In this document: positions 1-8,939 of the stretch, piece after piece
How positions within the stretch are numbered: position 1 is the stretch's first letter
How the letters are laid out: each line of letters begins with the position of its first letter
From: Gammaproteobacteria bacterium
Lineage (GTDB): Bacteria; Pseudomonadota; Gammaproteobacteria; Pseudomonadales; Azotimanducaceae
Assembly (NCBI GenBank): GCA_003247835.1
Contig: QJYB01000006.1
Span: 3,183 to 67,182, forward strand
DNA length: 64,000 nucleotides
Direction of reading: 5' to 3'
Position numbers and translations under genes: made by a program
Notes under the pieces: generated by a model
Told to the model about the DNA's origin: nothing
Database searches by the model: none
What the model saw: only the letters and a program-made list of their open reading frames with translations

Positions 1-278
1 CGGTTGGCCGCTTCTTCCAGTGATTCCCCGGCATCCACCGCGCCCTTCACCAGGGTGAGCTGCATCTCGTGGAAGCCGGCCGCGTACTCGCGGATCAGCA
101 CCAGCTCGTCCGACTCGTTGATCGCGACCACCATGACCGCGGCCCGGCCCGATCCGGGAAGCCGCTCGTAGGTCCGCTCGACACCATTGCCCCACTTAAG
201 GTCGAGCTCCTCGATCCGGAAAAAACGGGAGCGGGCAATGGTTCTCACCGCCTTGATCTCAGGCACGCTCATGTTCAT
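1..278 (-). CDS. nudE: ADP compounds hydrolase NudE-like Nudix protein, N-terminal part; the gene runs off the window start
   Basis: Hand translation of the minus strand from ATG at 278-276 gives MNMSVPEIKAVRTIARSRFFRIEELDLKWGNGVERTYERLPGSGRAAVMVVAINESDELVLIREYAAGFHEMQLTLVKGAVDAGESLEEAAN. It is divergent from yrfG-hslR-hslO as in E. coli. It is absent from the ORF track because it is open-ended. Confidence 0.7.
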   Translation of the reverse strand, partial: MNMSVPEIKAVRTIARSRFFRIEELDLKWGNGVERTYERLPGSGRAAVMVVAINESDELVLIREYAAGFHEMQLTLVKGAVDAGESLEEAAN

Positions 279-368
279 CGAGCCCCGTTCTTCCCCGACC
301 GGATCGGCCAAACCGGTTATTATACGGACTTCTGTGAGGCACATACGCCCTGCAAGGAGACCGACCCC

Positions 369-1028
369 TTGGTCAGCTGGGATGCCATCGACACGGTGCT
401 GCTCGACATGGACGGCACGCTGCTCGACCTGGCGTACGACAATACCCTCTGGACACACCTGCTGCCGGAACGCTTCAGCGCCACATACCAGGTGAGCCTC
501 GATCACGCCCGCAATCATCTCTTCACCCACATGTCCGAACGACAGGGCCAGCTCGAGTTCTACTGCCTGGAGTACTGGGCCGAGTTCACCGGGCTGGACA
601 TCGTCGCCCTGCACGAGGAGCTGACGCACCTGATCGCCTTCCGGCCTTACGTGACGGATTTTCTCGACCACGTGCTGCAGCTCGAGCGTCAGGCGCTGCT
701 GGTGACCAACGCGCACCGTGACAGCCTGGCGGTGAAGGTGCGGCACGTCGATCTCGACCAGCGTCTGCACGCCCTGGTTTCCTGTCACGATTACGGCGCG
801 CCCAAGGAGTCCGAGACGTTCTGGCAGTCGCTGATCGCCGAACATCCTTTCGATCCCGCACGCACCCTGCTGATCGACGACAATGCCGCGGTGCTCGATG
901 CCGCCGGCCGGTTCGGCATCGAGCACCTGCTCACCGTCGCGCAGCCGGATTCCAGCCGACCCACGCGCACCGGCTTGAAGCATCCGGCGGTGCACGATTT
1001 CCGTGACCTGATGCGGACTTCGGTATGA
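369..1028 (+). CDS. yrfG: HAD-superfamily nucleotidase (GMP/IMP nucleotidase YrfG-like)
   Basis: HAD motif I is present (VLLDMDGTLLDL) with a later LLIDDN motif. The ORF 69..1028 overlaps nudE on the opposite strand at its 5' end. An in-frame TTG at 369 is preceded by AGGAGA (355-360). The product would be about 219 aa, like E. coli YrfG. Confidence 0.8.
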   Translation: MVSWDAIDTVLLDMDGTLLDLAYDNTLWTHLLPERFSATYQVSLDHARNHLFTHMSERQGQLEFYCLEYWAEFTGLDIVALHEELTHLIAFRPYVTDFLDHVLQLERQALLVTNAHRDSLAVKVRHVDLDQRLHALVSCHDYGAPKESETFWQSLIAEHPFDPARTLLIDDNAAVLDAAGRFGIEHLLTVAQPDSSRPTRTGLKHPAVHDFRDLMRTSV

Positions 1029-1429
1029 CGGGTGTGCGCCTCGACCGGTGGCTCTGGGCCGCCCGCTTCTTCCGGACCCGGGCCCAGGCCAAGGCCGCCA
1101 TCGAAGGCGGCAAGGTGGACGTTCACCTGGCGCCGGATGAAGACGCCGCGACGGCGAAGCCGAAGGTCAGCCGGGAGGTCGGCATCGGCGACTGGCTGAC
1201 GATAAGGCGTGGCTGGACGGCGGAAACCATCATCGTCGAGGGCCTGTCGGAAGAACGCGGCAACGCCACCAGGGCACGTCTGCTGTATCGGGAAACCGCC
1301 CGGTCCATCGAGCGCCGGGAGGCCGAGGTGGCACGCCGGCGCATGGAGCGGGCCGGCCTCACCGTACCGGCGTCCCGGCCATCCAAGCGGGATCGTCGGG
1401 AGATCCGCAAACTCAAGGGACAAGCGTAG
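1025..1429 (+). CDS. hslR: Heat shock protein 15 (S4-domain ribosome-associated protein HslR)
   Basis: The N-terminus VRLDRWLWAARFFRTRAQAKAAIEGGKV is an S4-like motif. The gene has a 4-nt overlap with yrfG and sits upstream of hslO. Confidence 0.9.
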   Translation: MTGVRLDRWLWAARFFRTRAQAKAAIEGGKVDVHLAPDEDAATAKPKVSREVGIGDWLTIRRGWTAETIIVEGLSEERGNATRARLLYRETARSIERREAEVARRRMERAGLTVPASRPSKRDRREIRKLKGQA

Positions 1430-1464
1430 TGCCCCGTCGGGTCACTACCTGAGGAGGAGGCGAA

Positions 1465-2376
1465 TTGAACCAGGCCCACGACATCATCCACCGGTTCAGC
1501 TTCACCGATGGACCCGTGCGCGGTCAGTGGGTGCGCCTGCAGGAGGTGCTCGAGGTGCTGAACGGGCACCAGCAGTATCCCGGCAACGTCGCCGGGTTGC
1601 TGGGCGAGATGCTCGCTGCGGTGGCGCTGGTGGCTGATGGCATCAAGTTCAACGGTGCGGTATCGCTGCAGTCCCGAGGGCCGGGGCCGCTGACCACCGT
1701 ACTGGCAGAGTGCCGGGCACAGCACCTGCTGCGCGGTATTGCCCGGTGGCCGGATGCCGCCAACCTGCCCGACACCGATTCCCTCGGCGAGCTGATCGGC
1801 GACGGCCAGCTGGCACTGACCCTGATCCCGGCAAATGCGGATCAACCCTACCAGGGGCTGGTAGGCATCACCGACAACCGGCTGGCCGGAAATCTGGAAC
1901 GTTACTTTCTGGACAGCGAGCAGCTGCCAACCCGGCTGCTGTTTGCGGGCACCGGCGAGTCCGTGACGGGCCTGCTGCTGCAGCGCCTGCCGGATTCGGA
2001 CCACGCGACGGAGATCGAGCTCGACCAGAATGAAGCGTTCTGGGAGGAGATCGGCATGCTGACCAGCACGCTGACCGACCGGGAGCTGGCCTCGCTCGAC
2101 CCCCAGACTCTGCTCCGACGCCTTTACGCAACCCATCCGCTGACGCTGCAGCCACCACGCAACCTGCGTTTCAGCTGCACCTGCAGCCGCGAGAAGACCG
2201 CCGCAACCCTGAAGGCTTTCAGCCGCGACGAGCTGCTCGCGCTCATCGACGAGGAGGCACCGCCGAAAATGCCCGGCGAGATCCTGGTCACCTGCGAAAT
2301 CTGCGGCGCCGTGGAGCGTTTCGACGCCATCGACATCCACCTGCTCTTCGAGCCCGAGACTCCCCGGATCCACTGA
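1465..2376 (+). CDS. hslO: Hsp33 redox-regulated chaperone
   Basis: The C-terminal zinc centre CTCSREK...CEICG is present. The start is TTG with GGAGGAGG upstream. The hslR-hslO-pckA synteny is conserved. Confidence 0.92.
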   Translation: MNQAHDIIHRFSFTDGPVRGQWVRLQEVLEVLNGHQQYPGNVAGLLGEMLAAVALVADGIKFNGAVSLQSRGPGPLTTVLAECRAQHLLRGIARWPDAANLPDTDSLGELIGDGQLALTLIPANADQPYQGLVGITDNRLAGNLERYFLDSEQLPTRLLFAGTGESVTGLLLQRLPDSDHATEIELDQNEAFWEEIGMLTSTLTDRELASLDPQTLLRRLYATHPLTLQPPRNLRFSCTCSREKTAATLKAFSRDELLALIDEEAPPKMPGEILVTCEICGAVERFDAIDIHLLFEPETPRIH

Positions 2377-2507
2377 TGCCACGGGCCTTTCAGGCTATCT
2401 TCGGCAGGAAAATCCGTAAAATATGATGCTGACATTTCCGGCGTATGCCTGAGTAAACCGCTCTGGCATAATGCGCCGCTACCTGGGGAGCACTTGACCA
2501 AAACGCC

Positions 2508-4073
2508 ATGGCCGTAGATATCGACACCACGTCGAAGAAGACCACGTATCTGAATCTTTCCCGTCCGGTTCTCGCCGAGCTCGCCGTGTTGCGCGGGGAA
2601 GCACAGTTCGCGAGCAACGGCGCCATCGTCGCCTGCACCGGCAAGCGTACGGGACGCTCACCGAAGGACCGGTTCATCGTCGAGGAACCATCCACGTCGG
2701 ACGCCATCGACTGGGGTGCAATCAATCAACCCATCGCGCCGGAGATCTTCGAGGCGCTCTGGGACCGGGTTCAGGTGCATCTCGACAATCGCGAGACCTT
2801 CGTCTCCCAGCTGCATGTCGGTGCGGACCCGGAGCACTATCTGCCGATCGAGGTGACCACCGAATACGCGTGGCACGCGCTCTTCGGTCGCGCGCTGTTC
2901 ATCACCCCGGAGCACTACAACCCCCACAACAAGCAGGTCTGGCAGGTGGTCAACGCGCCGGACTTCGTCTGCGATCCTGCTCGGGACGGTACCAACAGCG
3001 ACGCCACGGTGATGATCAACTTCGCTCAGCGCAAGGTGCTCATCGCCGGTATGCGCTACGCCGGCGAAATGAAGAAGTCGATGTTCAGCGTGCTGAACTT
3101 CCTGCTGCCCGAGAAAGACGTGCTGCCCATGCACTGCTCGGCGAACCTGGGCAATGCCGGCGACGTGACGCTGTTCTTCGGACTCTCCGGTACGGGCAAG
3201 ACAACCCTCTCCGCCGATCCGGACCGGTTCCTGATCGGAGACGACGAACACGGCTGGGGAAAGGGCACGGTTTTCAACTTCGAGGGCGGCTGCTACGCGA
3301 AGTGCATCAACCTGACCCGGGAGAACGAGCCCGTCATCTTCGACGCCATCTCGTTCGGCGCCATCGTCGAGAACGTGGTCATCGATGCCGCCACCCGGAT
3401 CCCGGACTATGCGGACGCGTCGCTCACCGAAAATACGCGAGCCTGCTACCCGCGCGACAACATCGAGGCCAAGGTCGATGACAACCGGGGTGGCGAGCCA
3501 AACCACATCATCTTCCTCACCTGCGACGTCTCCGGCGTGCTGCCACCGGTGTCCGTGCTGTCGAAGGAAGCGGCCGCCTACCACTTCCTGTCCGGCTACA
3601 CGGCCCAGGTCGGTTCCACCGAAGTGGGGTCCACCGAGGCGTTCAAGACGACCTTCTCGACCTGTTTCGGCGCGCCGTTCTTCCCGCGGCCCGCACGTGT
3701 GTATGCCGATCTCCTGATCAAGCGCATCGAGGATTTCGGCTCCCGTGTCTACCTGGTGAACACGGGCTGGACCGGTGGCGGCTACGGCGTGGGCAAGCGG
3801 TTCAGCATCCCCACTACCCGCGCGATCATCGCCGCGATTCAGTCCGGTGCGCTGGACGGTGTGGGCACCGAGCGTCTGCCGGGTTTCAACCTGGAAATTC
3901 CCAAGGCCGTACCGGGCGTGGACACCCACATCCTCAATCCACGCAATACGTGGACGGACAAGGCGGCCTACGACACGACGGCGCGGAAGCTGGTCGGCAA
4001 GTTCATCGAGAACTTCGCCAAGTATCAGGTGGATGAGGCCATCGTCGATGCTGGCCCGACGAGCGATTTCTAG
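2508..4073 (+). CDS. pckA: Phosphoenolpyruvate carboxykinase (ATP)
   Basis: The kinase-1a motif [13 protein letters not shown] is present, with DDEHGW and conserved PckA blocks throughout 521 aa. Confidence 0.95.
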   Translation: MAVDIDTTSKKTTYLNLSRPVLAELAVLRGEAQFASNGAIVACTGKRTGRSPKDRFIVEEPSTSDAIDWGAINQPIAPEIFEALWDRVQVHLDNRETFVSQLHVGADPEHYLPIEVTTEYAWHALFGRALFITPEHYNPHNKQVWQVVNAPDFVCDPARDGTNSDATVMINFAQRKVLIAGMRYAGEMKKSMFSVLNFLLPEKDVLPMHCSANLGNAGDVTLFFGLSGTGKTTLSADPDRFLIGDDEHGWGKGTVFNFEGGCYAKCINLTRENEPVIFDAISFGAIVENVVIDAATRIPDYADASLTENTRACYPRDNIEAKVDDNRGGEPNHIIFLTCDVSGVLPPVSVLSKEAAAYHFLSGYTAQVGSTEVGSTEAFKTTFSTCFGAPFFPRPARVYADLLIKRIEDFGSRVYLVNTGWTGGGYGVGKRFSIPTTRAIIAAIQSGALDGVGTERLPGFNLEIPKAVPGVDTHILNPRNTWTDKAAYDTTARKLVGKFIENFAKYQVDEAIVDAGPTSDF

Positions 4074-4140
4074 CTAGTCTGCTGGGCGGTTCCGCTTCAG
4101 CACGCGCGGCGACCCGACCCAGCAAGCACGGAGGCTGTCG

Positions 4141-5697
4141 GTGCCATCCCAGCTCACCCTGCCGGAGTTTCTCGTCAGAGAGCCCCGTCTCCTGAACGGG
4201 CTCTGCTGCGGTATCGAGAAGGAGAGTCTGCGCGTCACACCCGATGGCCATCTCTCCGGCGAGCCACATCCGCCTGCCCTGGGCTCCGCGCTCACTCATC
4301 CGAACATCACCACGGATTTCTCGGAGGCACAGCTCGAACTCATCACGTCGGTGCATCCCGATCCTGACGGTGCCATCGCCGAGCTCCGCAACGTTCACCG
4401 CTTCATCTACCAGAACCTCGGCGACGAGCTGCTCTGGGCCGGCAGCATGCCGTGTATCCTCGGCGACGATGCCGGGATTCCCGTCGGCCGTTACGGCACA
4501 TCGAACATCGCCAGGGCTAAAACGATCTACCGGCTCGGCCTCGGCAACCGCTACGGCCGACTCATGCAGACCATCTCCGGCATCCACTACAACTTCTCGC
4601 TGCCGGAAATTTTCTGGGTACCCTTCGCGCGGAGTCGCGACGCGCGTCCGGGGCAGCCCTTCCAGACGGAGAGTTACTTCGGCCTGATCCGCAACTTCCG
4701 CAGACATTCGTGGCTGCTGATCTATCTGTTCGGCGCGTCACCGGCCATCTGCAAGAGCTTCGTCAAGGACAAGCCCCACCGCCTCGAGGCTTTCGACGAA
4801 GGATCCCTGTACCTGCCCCACGGAACGTCGCTCAGGATGGGGCGGCTCGGTTATCAGTCGGACGCGCAGCGGAGCCTGCACATCTCCTACAACAGCCTGG
4901 ACGAGTACGCGGATTCCATGCACCAGGCGCTGACACAGTCCTACCCGCCGTACGAGAAGATCGGCGTCAAGGTGAACGGCGAGTACCGGCAGCTGTCCAC
5001 CTCGCTGCTGCAGATCGAGAACGAGTTCTACGGCACGATCCGCCCGAAGCGCCCCGTCCGCGCGGGCGAGCGGCCGCTGACCGCCCTCCGCAGCCGTGGC
5101 GTGGAGTACGTGGAGGTCCGGTGTCTGGATCTGAATCCGTTCCTGCCCGAGGGCATCGACGCGGTGGAAGCCCGTTTCGTCAATCTCTTTCTCCTCTACT
5201 GCCTGCTGCAGGACTCGCCGCCGGACAGCGAGGAAGAGTCGGTCGTCATGGCCGCCAACCAGCTCGCCGTCGTCGAGCGGGGTCGGGCGCCGGATCTAGA
5301 GCTCGAGACCGCGAACGGTCCCATCGCCATGAAGGCGTGGGCGGGGCGGGTGCTCGACGACCTGAAACCGCTGGCCGCGCTGCTCGACGAGCTGCATGGC
5401 GACGACCTCTACACCTACAGTCTGGACCAGCAGGCGGCGAAGCTGACCGATCCGACACTGACGCCGTCCGCACGCATGCTGCACATCATGCGCAGCCAGC
5501 AGACTCCGTATTTCCGTTTTGCCATGAACCAGTCCATCGCACACAAGGGCTACTTCGACGAACACCCGCTGCGGGACACCGATCTGGCCGAGTTCCAGCG
5601 GATCGCACGCCGTTCCATCGAGGAACAGCTGGAGATGGAAGCATCTGAGACGGTGGACTTCGACACCTTCCTCAAGGACTACCTGGCCTTCAAGTGA
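4141..5697 (+). CDS. gshA: Glutamate-cysteine ligase
   Basis: GIEKESLRV, GTSN and YRLGLGNRYG blocks are present. The product is 518 aa, with a GTG start after GGAGG. Confidence 0.93.
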   Translation: MPSQLTLPEFLVREPRLLNGLCCGIEKESLRVTPDGHLSGEPHPPALGSALTHPNITTDFSEAQLELITSVHPDPDGAIAELRNVHRFIYQNLGDELLWAGSMPCILGDDAGIPVGRYGTSNIARAKTIYRLGLGNRYGRLMQTISGIHYNFSLPEIFWVPFARSRDARPGQPFQTESYFGLIRNFRRHSWLLIYLFGASPAICKSFVKDKPHRLEAFDEGSLYLPHGTSLRMGRLGYQSDAQRSLHISYNSLDEYADSMHQALTQSYPPYEKIGVKVNGEYRQLSTSLLQIENEFYGTIRPKRPVRAGERPLTALRSRGVEYVEVRCLDLNPFLPEGIDAVEARFVNLFLLYCLLQDSPPDSEEESVVMAANQLAVVERGRAPDLELETANGPIAMKAWAGRVLDDLKPLAALLDELHGDDLYTYSLDQQAAKLTDPTLTPSARMLHIMRSQQTPYFRFAMNQSIAHKGYFDEHPLRDTDLAEFQRIARRSIEEQLEMEASETVDFDTFLKDYLAFK

Positions 5698-6314
5698 ACT
5701 ATCTGGCTCACTGCCTGATCGGGGAGCTGGCCGGCACGGAAGCGGACCTCGCCCCGGGGCTGATCGCCGGGGGATTTCTCGGAGACTTCGTCAAGGGACC
5801 GGTTCCAGAGGACATGCCCTGGCCGCTCGCCCTCGGCGTACGCCTGCATCGGCGTGTGGACGCCTACAGCAACCGCCATCCCGTCATCCGCCGCAGCACC
5901 GACCGTTTCGCTCCGGAACTGCGGCGTATCGCACCGATACTGGTGGACATCCTCTGCGACCATCTGCTGGCCCGGTCCTGGGACGAGTTTCACCAGCAGG
6001 CCCTCATGGACTTCACCGCGCGTGTCTACCGCCAGGTGGACGAGCACGGTCAGTGGCTGCCGCTCCACGGCCGACGGTTTCTCGACTACGCGAAGGAGCG
6101 CGATCTGCTCCGTTCCTATACGGACTGGACGGCGACCGCAGCCGCCATGCGATCCATCACCCGGAGGCTCCGAAGAAGCGAGCTGGATCCGCTGCTGGAA
6201 CGCACCGTGCCTCCCCTGCTTCCCGACCTGGAGACTGACTTCCGCGATTATTTTCCGGACATCATCCGGCACGCGGCGAACTGGACCGCCGCTGAGTGTG
6301 ACGCGGACGGTTGA
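5694..6314 (+). CDS. acpH: Acyl carrier protein phosphodiesterase
   Basis: The N-terminus MNYLAHCLIG...GGFLGDFVKG is typical of AcpH. The GTG start overlaps the gshA stop (GTGA). Confidence 0.8.
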   Translation: MNYLAHCLIGELAGTEADLAPGLIAGGFLGDFVKGPVPEDMPWPLALGVRLHRRVDAYSNRHPVIRRSTDRFAPELRRIAPILVDILCDHLLARSWDEFHQQALMDFTARVYRQVDEHGQWLPLHGRRFLDYAKERDLLRSYTDWTATAAAMRSITRRLRRSELDPLLERTVPPLLPDLETDFRDYFPDIIRHAANWTAAECDADG

Positions 6315-6368
6315 CGCTGCCCTCGCCGAAGGTACCCTTCACACCACTTCCACCGGACGGACGACACC

Positions 6369-7358
6369 GTGAAAGCAGTCTTGTGCAAAGCCTTCGGGCC
6401 ACCGGAATCCCTCGTGCTGGAGGACGTTCCCGCACCCGAGGCAGGACCTTCAGAACTGCTTCTCGACGTCTATGCCAGCGCGGTGAACTTCCCGGACGTG
6501 CTGATGATCGAAGGCAAGTACCAGAGTCGACCGCCGTTTCCCTTTTCCCCAGGCCAGGAGGTGGCAGGGGTGGTCGCCGCGGTGGGCGAGGGCGTGACGG
6601 GGTTTTCCGTGGGCGACCGTGTCTTCGGAGGCACCGGGGTCGGCGGTTTTGCCGAGCAGATCACCGTACCGGCAGGTGCCATGCGTCACATGCCAGCGGG
6701 CATGAGCTTCGTTCAGGCCTCGGCCATCTCCACTACCTACGGCACCAGTTACTACGCGCTCAAGCAGCGGGCCGCGCTGCAGCCGGGGGAAACCCTCCTC
6801 GTCCTTGGCGCTGCCGGTGGCGTGGGACTCGCCGCGGTCGAGCTCGGCAAGGCCATGGGTGCCCGGGTGATTGCCGCAGCGAGCTCCGCAGAGAAGCTCG
6901 CCGCCGCGAAGGCCGCCGGTGCGGACGAGCTGATCGATTACAGCGACGGCGAGCTCAAGGATAAGGTGAAAAACCTCACCGGGGGTCGCGGCGCGGATGT
7001 CATCTACGACCCCGTCGGTGGTGAACTGTTCGATCAGTGCATGCGATCCATCGCCTGGTACGGCCGCGTGCTGGTCATCGGCTTTGCCGCCGGCGACATT
7101 CCCCGGGTGCCCATCAACCTGATACTGCTGAAGAGCTGCCAGGTCGTCGGCGTCTTCTATGGTGCCTGGTCCGCGAGGTTCCGGGACGAAGCAGCGGAGA
7201 ACTTCCGGGAGATCCTGGATCTGTATCGGTCGGGCAGGATAAACCCGCTCATCGGCCGCGAGTATCCGCTCGCGGACTACGCGAACGCGTTGCGCGACCT
7301 GTCCGAGCGGCGGGCCATCGGCAAGGTGGTCGTCCGCGTTCGTCCGGAGCCTGTGTGA
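6369..7358 (+). CDS. NADPH:quinone oxidoreductase / zinc-type alcohol dehydrogenase-like (MDR family)
   Basis: The N-terminus is GroES-like (MKAVLCKAFGPPESLVLEDVPAP). The Rossmann motif LVLGAAGGVGLAAV is present. The product is 329 aa. Confidence 0.88.
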   Translation: MKAVLCKAFGPPESLVLEDVPAPEAGPSELLLDVYASAVNFPDVLMIEGKYQSRPPFPFSPGQEVAGVVAAVGEGVTGFSVGDRVFGGTGVGGFAEQITVPAGAMRHMPAGMSFVQASAISTTYGTSYYALKQRAALQPGETLLVLGAAGGVGLAAVELGKAMGARVIAAASSAEKLAAAKAAGADELIDYSDGELKDKVKNLTGGRGADVIYDPVGGELFDQCMRSIAWYGRVLVIGFAAGDIPRVPINLILLKSCQVVGVFYGAWSARFRDEAAENFREILDLYRSGRINPLIGREYPLADYANALRDLSERRAIGKVVVRVRPEPV

Positions 7359-7855
7359 TGAGCATGATGTTCTTCGAAGACCGCACCGAAGCCATGGCGT
7401 CACTGATCGTCGCCATCACCGGCGGCCTGCTGGCCGGCGCGATCGTCATGGAACACGTCTTCGACCTGGATCCCTGCCCGCTCTGCCTCATGCAGCGGAT
7501 CTGGTTCGCCTTCGCCGGTCTGATCAGCCTCGCCGGTCTCATCCATTCCACACGCTGGGGTATCTACCCGCTGCTGACGATCCTGGCGGCCGTCATCGGT
7601 GGCGGTTTCTCCATCCGCCAGCTCTACCTGCAGAGCCTGCCACCGGAAGCGGTTCCGGCCTGTGGTCCGGACATGACCTACATGCTGGAGAATTTCCCCC
7701 TGTCGGACGTGCTGGCAGCCATGACGCGCGGCACGGGAGACTGCGCGCAGGTTGCCTGGCAGTTCGGCCTCACCATCCCCGGTTGGGCGCTCGTCGGTTT
7801 CGTCGCCATCTCGGTGCTCGGCGTGCTGTGGCTGCGTGCCGGTCTGCGTCCCTGA
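7358..7855 (+). CDS. dsbB: Disulfide bond formation protein B
   Basis: The in-frame ATG at 7358 overlaps the qor stop (ATGA). The CPLC motif (DLDPCPLCLMQRIWF) is present, with four hydrophobic segments and a second Cys pair (PACGPD...GDCAQ). The longer ORF 7037..7855 overlaps the upstream gene. Confidence 0.88.
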   Translation: MSMMFFEDRTEAMASLIVAITGGLLAGAIVMEHVFDLDPCPLCLMQRIWFAFAGLISLAGLIHSTRWGIYPLLTILAAVIGGGFSIRQLYLQSLPPEAVPACGPDMTYMLENFPLSDVLAAMTRGTGDCAQVAWQFGLTIPGWALVGFVAISVLGVLWLRAGLRP

Positions 7856-8107
7856 CGGCCGTCCCATTCCCGGGACTTTCGTCCCACTGCAGGAAGTTCT
7901 GCTAACTGATTGTTTTCGGCCGAAAACTGGGCAGATTTTTCTGGTGTTCGAAAAATCTCTCCGCTATAGTCCGGCGACCTGCCAAAAAAGTGCACTGACA
8001 AGACCGGCTCGAGCCGGCAGACAGAAAGGCGCAGGAAGCGCCAAAAACAGTGTGAATTGTCTGGGGTTCGGCAGGCCGTTTCGACGGGCGAAATGGGAAG
8101 GGCAGTA
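7856..8107. other. AT-rich structured intergenic region with several palindromes, upstream of the parA-like gene
   Basis: Elements seen: hairpin GTCCC-attccc-GGGAC at 7861-7876; palindrome TTTTCGGCCGAAAA at 7913-7926; inverted repeat AGATTTTT-N10-AAAAATCT at 7933-7958; palindrome CCGGCTCGAGCCGG at 8004-8017; hairpin GGCGC-aggaa-GCGCC at 8028-8042; direct GCCAAAAA at 7981 and 8040. Confidence 0.6.
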
Positions 8108-8869
8108 ATGGACAGACTGGATCCAACGATACGTCGTATCCTGGTGATCAACGGCAAGGGTGGCTGTGGCAAAACCACGATCGCCACCAACCTGGCCGTT
8201 GCCTACGTCCATCAGGGGCATCAGGTTGCCTTGATCGACAACGATCCCCAGGCATCGAGCACCTACTGGGCTGCACAGCGCGGACCCGAGCTGAAACCCG
8301 TTCATCTGGTTCCGGCGCATCAGCGCGCCAATATGTACCAGACCCAGACGTTCCACAATCGTCTGGCTCCGGGGGTGGATCGCATCATCATCGACGGTCA
8401 TTCCAACGCACGTGACCGTGATCTGGAGACGCTGCTCAGGCAGGCGGACGTGGTGCTGATTCCGCTGCTCCCGTCGTCCATCGACATCCGCGCCGGCAGT
8501 CGTTTCATAACAAATCTGCTCACACATCGCGTGTTCCGTCACGATCCCCGACCGGTGGGCGTGATCGCGAACCGGGTACAGCCGAATACGCAGACGCACG
8601 AAAAGCTGACCCACTTCCTCGGCTGCCTCGACGTACCCGCGGTGGCCACGTTCCGTGACAGCCCGGTGTACACGGAGTGCGCCGAACTGGGCCAGGGTGT
8701 CGTGGACATGCGCGATTCCCGTGCAGCACGCAAGGAAACGCCGGCATGGCACCAGCTGATACGCTGGATCGATGATCAGCAGCGCGCCTCCGCGCGGACC
8801 ATGCAGGACCTCAGGCTGAAGCCCAGGGCCGCAGCCAGGCGGCTTGACTCGGAGTCCCTGAGCGCCTGA
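8108..8869 (+). CDS. ParA/MinD-family P-loop ATPase (orphan, no adjacent ParB-like gene)
   Basis: The deviant Walker A ILVINGKGGCGKTTIATNLA is present, with DNDPQASS, IIIDG and VIANRV blocks. The start is taken at ATG 8108 (GGGAAGGG upstream). ATG 8093 or the ORF-track start 8057 are also possible. Confidence 0.82.
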   Translation: MDRLDPTIRRILVINGKGGCGKTTIATNLAVAYVHQGHQVALIDNDPQASSTYWAAQRGPELKPVHLVPAHQRANMYQTQTFHNRLAPGVDRIIIDGHSNARDRDLETLLRQADVVLIPLLPSSIDIRAGSRFITNLLTHRVFRHDPRPVGVIANRVQPNTQTHEKLTHFLGCLDVPAVATFRDSPVYTECAELGQGVVDMRDSRAARKETPAWHQLIRWIDDQQRASARTMQDLRLKPRAAARRLDSESLSA

Positions 8870-8939
8870 TCCTCCCGCTCCGTTTTACTTACCGGGTCGT
8901 TACCGCCCTGTCCGCCTGCGCGCTGGGAACCTGCCTGCC

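Noticed and set aside
69-368. N-terminal 100 aa of the 319-aa yrfG ORF
   Set aside because: It overlaps the nudE coding region on the opposite strand and has no HAD-family counterpart. The start was moved to TTG 369, which has a good SD.
7960-7985. TAGTCCGGCGA resembling the RNase P RNA AAGTCCGGGC core, with GGA-loop hairpins suggesting an Rsm/Csr-type sRNA
   Set aside because: The similarity is only a partial 8-9 nt match, with none of the other conserved RNase P helices. There are too few GGA motifs for an RsmY/Z-like RNA. The region is kept only as a generic structured region in the findings.
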